Source: Legionellales bacterium (GTDB lineage: Bacteria; Pseudomonadota; Gammaproteobacteria; Berkiellales; Berkiellaceae). Taken from it: 44,563 bases of DNA. The position numbers and the translations under genes are program-made. The notes under the pieces were generated by a model. It had not been told where the DNA came from. It searched no databases and saw nothing but the letters and a program-made list of their open reading frames with translations. This document shows, piece by piece, positions 40,583 to 44,563 of the stretch. Numbering within the stretch: position 1 is the stretch's first letter; the number at the start of each line of letters is the position of its first letter. The DNA is taken from NCBI GenBank assembly GCA_023266435.1, contig JAHFQF010000001.1:1-44563 (forward strand), read 5' to 3'.

Positions 40583-42237
40583 TATTTTTCAATTTTTCTC
40601 AAAATCAACCATTGTTGCAGGATGGAAAGCAAGTTATTAGCCACCCAATACAACACCAACCCTGAAGGAAACTGCAAAAATAACACAGTAAAGATAAATG
40701 GCATGGCCATCATCATTTTAGCCTGCATAGGATCAGGCGGAGTAGGATTCATTCTTTGCTGTAACAGCATCGTGGTCCCCATGATGATGGGTAATACATA
40801 AAAAGGATCTTTACTGGATAGATCTTGAATCCAGAACATAAACGGCGCTAAACGCAACTCTACGCTCTCTAAGAGCATGTAATAAAATGCGATAAAAACA
40901 GGGATTTGCACCAGAATAGGCAAACACCCACCCAATGGATTTACTTTTTCTTTACGATAAAGTTCCATCATTTTTTGAGAGAACGCAGCACGATCATCAC
41001 CATACGTCTGCTTTAATTGCTCCATTCTAGGCTGTAAACGTCGCATATTACCCATGGAGCGATAACTTGCTGCAGAAAGCTTATAAAAAACGAGCTTGAT
41101 CACCAGTGTTAACGCAATGATGGACCAGCCCCAGTTTCCAATATACTGATGAATATGCGTCAGGAACCAAAAGAGAAACGAAGAGATAGGCCATAGAAAC
41201 CCGTAATCCACGGTTAATTCTAATCCTGGAGCAATCACTTTTAATGTCTCTGCAATTTCTGGCCCCAAATAAACCTGTCCATGCGTAGTCACACTTTGCT
41301 GACTATCCACTTGAATTTTTGGCCCTACTGAACCAAGCACATACTCGCCCTGTTGGTTTAGGCGGCTAAAATACTGCTGTGTTTCTTGCTTATTGGGAAT
41401 CCAAGCACTGAGGAAGTAATGCTCGACCATAGCAGCCCAACCACCTGGCACGGTGGCCTTAGGTGTTTTGTTGAACTTATCGTAGGGGATCTTTTTAAAC
41501 GGTTTTTCCGGTGTGGATATTGCTCCCCCTTGATAGGTCTGCATCACTAAAAAACTGCCTTTTGATTTTTCATGCGCCAGAGGTTTTCTTGCGATTTGCC
41601 CGTAGGCATTACCCAACCATGGTAAATCCCGATGATTCGTCACCGTGTGTTCAATTTCGACCCGGTACTGTCCAGGGTATAATCTAAAGCGTTTAACAAC
41701 AAAAATACCTTGATTATCCTGCCAAGTTAAAGGAACCTCTAATACCTCCTGGCCTGGCTGCAGAGCATAGTGAGTCTGCGCAGCGCTATACACTCCTCGA
41801 CCCGCTCTATAAGAGTCCGGACCCTCCTCTCCTAAGACTCCGCTTTGTAGATAATAATGACGGTTGTCTGATTTATCTAATAAAGTAAACCCTTGCCCAG
41901 TATTGTCTTGAGTCTGTGGATAATTTTTTAATTCCGCATAAACGATATCGCCACCTTTGGGGCTGATTTTGAGGCGCAGCACATCCGTTTCAACTAAAAT
42001 ATACGCATTAGCGCTCACATCATTGCGCTCAGATGCTATCGTGAGAACCTCTGGCTCAGCAGAAAGAGGGGTTGGCAATTCATCTAAATTAGCCACGCTG
42101 ACTGTTTCTGTACCGGGGGATGCTGCGTGTGTAGCGGGCGCAGGGGCGGGATGCTCTTTTATCCACAGAGAATAAAGGTTAAAGCAAAGTAAAGCTAACG
42201 CCACATACAAAAATAGGCGAGTTCGGTTAATATCCAT
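40582..42237 (-). CDS. yidC: membrane protein insertase YidC
   Basis: 'MDINRTRLFLYVALALL' (ATG at 42237), a large periplasmic domain and the conserved 'GGCLPILVQIPVFIAFY'. The stop overlaps the mnmE ATG by 1 nt. Confidence 0.96.
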   Translation of the reverse strand: MDINRTRLFLYVALALLCFNLYSLWIKEHPAPAPATHAASPGTETVSVANLDELPTPLSAEPEVLTIASERNDVSANAYILVETDVLRLKISPKGGDIVYAELKNYPQTQDNTGQGFTLLDKSDNRHYYLQSGVLGEEGPDSYRAGRGVYSAAQTHYALQPGQEVLEVPLTWQDNQGIFVVKRFRLYPGQYRVEIEHTVTNHRDLPWLGNAYGQIARKPLAHEKSKGSFLVMQTYQGGAISTPEKPFKKIPYDKFNKTPKATVPGGWAAMVEHYFLSAWIPNKQETQQYFSRLNQQGEYVLGSVGPKIQVDSQQSVTTHGQVYLGPEIAETLKVIAPGLELTVDYGFLWPISSFLFWFLTHIHQYIGNWGWSIIALTLVIKLVFYKLSAASYRSMGNMRRLQPRMEQLKQTYGDDRAAFSQKMMELYRKEKVNPLGGCLPILVQIPVFIAFYYMLLESVELRLAPFMFWIQDLSSKDPFYVLPIIMGTTMLLQQRMNPTPPDPMQAKMMMAMPFIFTVLFLQFPSGLVLYWVANNLLSILQQWLILRKIEK

Positions 42238-42248
42238 AAAAAACTCCA

Positions 42249-42479
42249 CTAAGGTACAGGATCGTATCCGCCAGGACAGAAGGGGTGGCAACGACAAATT
42301 CTACGCAAACCAAGAAAAAATCCCTTGATAGCGCCATGTTTCGTCAATGCTTGTTGAGCGTAATCCGAACAACCAGGATAAAATCGACAACAAGTCCCCA
42401 CAATGGGCCGACCCAATATTTGGTAACTTTTAATAAAAAACAACATCGATTTCAATGGTAGTTGGCTAAGGTTTTCCAT
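42249..42479 (-). CDS. yidD: membrane protein insertion efficiency factor YidD
   Basis: 'CRFYPGCSDYAQQAL...CHPFCPGGYDPVP'. The start is ATG at 42479 (overlapping rnpA by 28 nt) or ATG at 42446. Confidence 0.88.
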   Translation of the reverse strand: MENLSQLPLKSMLFFIKSYQILGRPIVGTCCRFYPGCSDYAQQALTKHGAIKGFFLGLRRICRCHPFCPGGYDPVP

Positions 42480-42820
42480 AATTGCATCAAGTCATCAAAA
42501 AAAGCTTGGTTTTCGGTGATTAACTCGTAGTGATTCACAACCAAAACCACATCAAACTGGCCAATTAAATGCCTATTACATCGAAAGCTTTCCCTTGCTA
42601 TGCGTTTAACTTGGTTTCTTTTGTTAGCAAGCTTGCATTTCTTTTTTGCAACCACAATACCAAGACGGCTAATCCCCTCTGGGTTGCTGCGAATGTGAGC
42701 CCTAAAGAATCGGGTTTTAAGCACCCGACGTGTATGAAATACACCTTGGTAGTCTTTAGGGCAGAGCAATCTCGCTTGCTTAGGGAATGCTGCGGGGGCA
42801 ACTAATGGTACTGTTTGCAA
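42452..42820 (-). CDS. rnpA: ribonuclease P protein component
   Basis: 'RLGIVVAKKKCKLANKRNQVKRIARESFR' is the RNR motif. It has a TTG start at 42820, 14 nt after the rpmH stop. Confidence 0.92.
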   Translation of the reverse strand: MQTVPLVAPAAFPKQARLLCPKDYQGVFHTRRVLKTRFFRAHIRSNPEGISRLGIVVAKKKCKLANKRNQVKRIARESFRCNRHLIGQFDVVLVVNHYELITENQAFFDDLMQLWKTLANYH

Positions 42821-42834
42821 TTTATTAAATAGGA

Positions 42835-42984
42835 CTATGAGCGTTCATCAGAAACAGTAAGACGCTTCCTGCCTTTCTGGCGCCTGCGTTTTAACACTTC
42901 GCGACCGTTTTTAGTGGCCATTCTTGCTCTAAACCCGTGTTTTCTAGCCCGTTTTACGGTGCTAGGCTGAAAAGTTCTCTTCAT
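42835..42984 (-). CDS. rpmH: 50S ribosomal protein L34
   Basis: Own translation, too short for the ORF track: [53 protein letters not shown] lies 6 nt upstream of the ATG. Confidence 0.95.
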   Translation of the reverse strand: MKRTFQPSTVKRARKHGFRARMATKNGREVLKRRRQKGRKRLTVSDERS

Positions 42985-43034
42985 AACTAACCTCAAAAAA
43001 ATGGATACTTGATCCCCATGGAATAAGACACGTA

Positions 43035-43064
43035 ACTATATGGCATTTGAGTAAGTCCTGTCAA
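43035..43064 (-). promoter_or_regulatory. candidate sigma70 promoter of the rpmH-rnpA operon
   Basis: On the minus strand: TTGACA (43064-43059), an 18-nt spacer, then TATAGT (43040-43035). It lies about 50 nt upstream of rpmH. Confidence 0.5.
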
Positions 43065-43159
43065 TGCCCATCAGAGAGGCTTAATGAACCATTGGGAACA
43101 AAGGCGTTATCTTTCATGAGCACCCTGCTATGTGCTCTTATCCGCTCCAAAATGTCGCG

Positions 43160-43220
43160 TGGGTATTAAATAAAACTTAATATTCTTGATCTCTTGAATA
43201 GATCTATGGTGATTATTAGG
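43160..43220. other. probable DNA-unwinding element (AT cluster plus GATCT 13-mers)
   Basis: tGGGTATTAAAtaaaacttaatattctt, then GATCTCTTGAATA (43188-43200), GATCTATGGTGAT (43201-43213) and TATTAGG. A box, cTGTGGGTAA, follows 10 nt later. This resembles my recollection of the left end of E. coli oriC (TGGGTATTAAA, GATCTnTT... 13-mers, ...TTATTAGG, R1 box). Confidence 0.6.
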
Positions 43221-43320
43221 CGCCAATTATCTGTGGGTAAGTATGAATTTTACTTATTTTATAATAGGGTAAGAGGAGCGATTGTAGGCAAGAAACCCGT
43301 GTAAACGCACAGGGATAGAT

Positions 43321-43329
43321 TGTGGATAA
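43321..43329 (-). promoter_or_regulatory. DnaA box (perfect)
   Basis: TGTGGATAA, the reverse complement of TTATCCACA. Confidence 0.8.
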
Positions 43330-43356
43330 CTCCTCATTTATGAAAACCCTCAAAGG

Positions 43357-43365
43357 TTATCCACA
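43357..43365 (+). promoter_or_regulatory. DnaA box (perfect)
   Basis: TTATCCACA. Confidence 0.8.
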
Positions 43366-43515
43366 AAAGAGGCGGGGTTCAAATAAAAACTAGCTAAGTT
43401 ATGCACAGGTATGTTTAGGAGATCAAAGAACACACACTCGCTACTTACGTGCCGAAGTAATAATCATAATATAAGTATAAAATGAATTTATTAAGTTTAT
43501 AAGGCGAAACCTGTC

Positions 43516-43524
43516 TGTGGATAA
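43516..43524 (-). promoter_or_regulatory. DnaA box (perfect)
   Basis: TGTGGATAA. Confidence 0.8.
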
Positions 43525-43603
43525 TCTTCTTAATGGTATTAAAATCAATTGGTTGCTGGTTTTCAAAGCGGTGAATAGAGCACTCTGATCCCGTTGGGTA
43601 GCT

Positions 43604-43612
43604 TGTGGATAA
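43604..43612 (-). promoter_or_regulatory. DnaA box (perfect)
   Basis: TGTGGATAA. Confidence 0.8.
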
Positions 43613-43698
43613 CTAAGCCCTGTCTACAAGTTTGTGCATAACTCGCTTACTTATCAACAGGTCTTAGGTGTGGTATTTCCTGGTTACACACAAAATCC

Positions 43699-43707
43699 TG
43701 TGGATAA
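43699..43707 (-). promoter_or_regulatory. DnaA box (perfect)
   Basis: TGTGGATAA. Confidence 0.8.
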
Positions 43708-43785
43708 CTGGATGGTTGGCTTAGTTGTCAGGTAGGAGTAAACTTGGGGTTAGAAAAAGAAACTCTGGCAAATGAACCAAGAATT

Positions 43786-43814
43786 TTGTTAGTGGTTAAA
43801 TCAATTTTTAATAT
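43786..43814 (+). promoter_or_regulatory. candidate sigma70 promoter of dnaA
   Basis: TTGTTA (43786-43791), a 17-nt spacer, then TAATAT (43809-43814). It lies about 125 nt upstream of the dnaA GTG. Pattern only. Confidence 0.4.
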
Positions 43815-43938
43815 CCTTTCAGAACACTGCGATGACAAAGCACAGGCCACGACTTGGCTTTTTGTCTATCAGGCAGATAACGCATGGCAAAAAGCATGCC
43901 CCTGGCGTTGCTAAAGCAAATGAGGAGCAATAAAACCT

Positions 43939-44563
43939 GTGAATGTGGCATTACTGTGGCAAGAGAGCTTAGAGCAGCTCAAGCAAGAGATCTCTCAACA
44001 ACATTACAATCAATGGATTAGCCCCTTGCAGGCGGAGATCGGAGAAGAGCACCTGACTTTATGGGCGCCGAACGAGTATGTATTGGAGGGGGTCAGTCAA
44101 AATTATTTGGGGCGTGTGACCAAGATTTTAACCGCACTGAATAATAACCAGCCGGTACGCATTATGCTGGGGGTGGGGGTTAGTCCTAAATCCATGGCCA
44201 GCAAGCCCTTGCCGGTTAGAGAGGCCGTGTTGGCAGAAGCGTCGGATGGGGATGGAGATCTGGAAGAAGAGGGCGCCCCTTTTTATGGAAAGCTAGAGAT
44301 AGGACAAAGAGCGCTCAACCAGCAGCCCATGGCCCAGCAACCAGTAAGGGCGCCTGTTTTTCATCAAAACAATCTCAACCCAAGCCATGTCTTTGAGACT
44401 TTTGTAGTGGGTAAGTCTAATCAATTGGCAGAAGCCGCAGCTAAGCAAATTGCACAGAACCCTGGTAGTGCTTATAACCCGTTTTTCTTATACGGGGGGG
44501 TGGGCTTGGGTAAGACGCACTTGATGCAAGCTGTGGGTAATTTTATCTTAGAAAAAAAGAAAA
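43939..44563 (+). CDS. dnaA: chromosomal replication initiator DnaA (N-terminal 208 codons; continues past the right edge)
   Basis: Own translation from GTG at 43939: [52 protein letters not shown]...[47 protein letters not shown]. An in-frame TGA lies at 43921 and GAGGAG lies 11 nt upstream of the GTG. Domain I and the Walker A motif are collinear with E. coli DnaA. Confidence 0.95.
   Translation, partial: MNVALLWQESLEQLKQEISQQHYNQWISPLQAEIGEEHLTLWAPNEYVLEGVSQNYLGRVTKILTALNNNQPVRIMLGVGVSPKSMASKPLPVREAVLAEASDGDGDLEEEGAPFYGKLEIGQRALNQQPMAQQPVRAPVFHQNNLNPSHVFETFVVGKSNQLAEAAAKQIAQNPGSAYNPFFLYGGVGLGKTHLMQAVGNFILEKKK

Larger units (their letters stand above)
43160..43707. other. chromosomal replication origin (oriC)
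   Basis: 954-bp ORF-free rpmH-dnaA spacer. Perfect TTATCCACA boxes lie at 43321, 43357, 43516, 43604 and 43699. One-mismatch boxes lie at 43232, 43399, 43633 and 43651. AT-rich tracts lie at 43160-43230 and 43458-43503. Confidence 0.88.

Noticed and set aside
34710-43938. parS centromere sites (TGTTNCACGTGNAACA) near parAB and oriC
   Set aside because: I scanned by eye for cacgtg-centred palindromes and gtttcac/gttccac half-sites. Only unrelated half-matches turned up (for example 25570, 20406). I cannot exclude degenerate sites, so a pattern search is needed.
42985-43938. Dam/SeqA-type GATC clustering in oriC
   Set aside because: There are only 5 GATC sites in 954 bp, about the random expectation for this base composition. 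It is reported as a negative inside the Dam finding.

Overview
This window is the chromosomal replication-origin region of a roughly 40-45% GC proteobacterium. Its gene order looks Pseudomonas/Legionellales-like, but that is inference only.

From about 22.4 kb to 43.0 kb every gene is on the minus strand and points away from the origin. In transcription order they are rpmH-rnpA-yidD-yidC-mnmE-mnmG-rsmG-parA-parB, the complete atpIBEFHAGDC operon, glmU and glmS. The 954-bp rpmH-dnaA spacer carries oriC. It has five perfect and four one-mismatch DnaA boxes, plus an E. coli-like unwinding element. dnaA (GTG start, partial) runs off the right edge.

The left 22 kb is mixed-strand housekeeping and transport:
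- AGCS symporter, thrB and polA
- engB, cytochrome c4 and dsbA
- an orphan dam and a YgjP/DUF45 peptidase
- three MFS transporters and lemA plus a DUF3137-like gene
- uvrD and hmgA
- an HU-like protein and an SRAP/YedK peptidase
- kbl and an SDR-type tdh

I found no rRNA, tRNA, CRISPR array, transposase or integrase.

Most of the window is ordinary core genome. The items worth a second look are:
- A divergent orphan VgrG-like spike gene sits directly behind glmS. It is in frame with glmS and has no ATG start.
- A two-copy hairpin repeat family is present, and one copy supplies the stop codon of uvrD.
- The oriC architecture shows no GATC enrichment although a Dam methylase is encoded nearby.
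- The HU-like protein begins MARTK.

Nothing here amounts to a demonstrated new multi-gene system.
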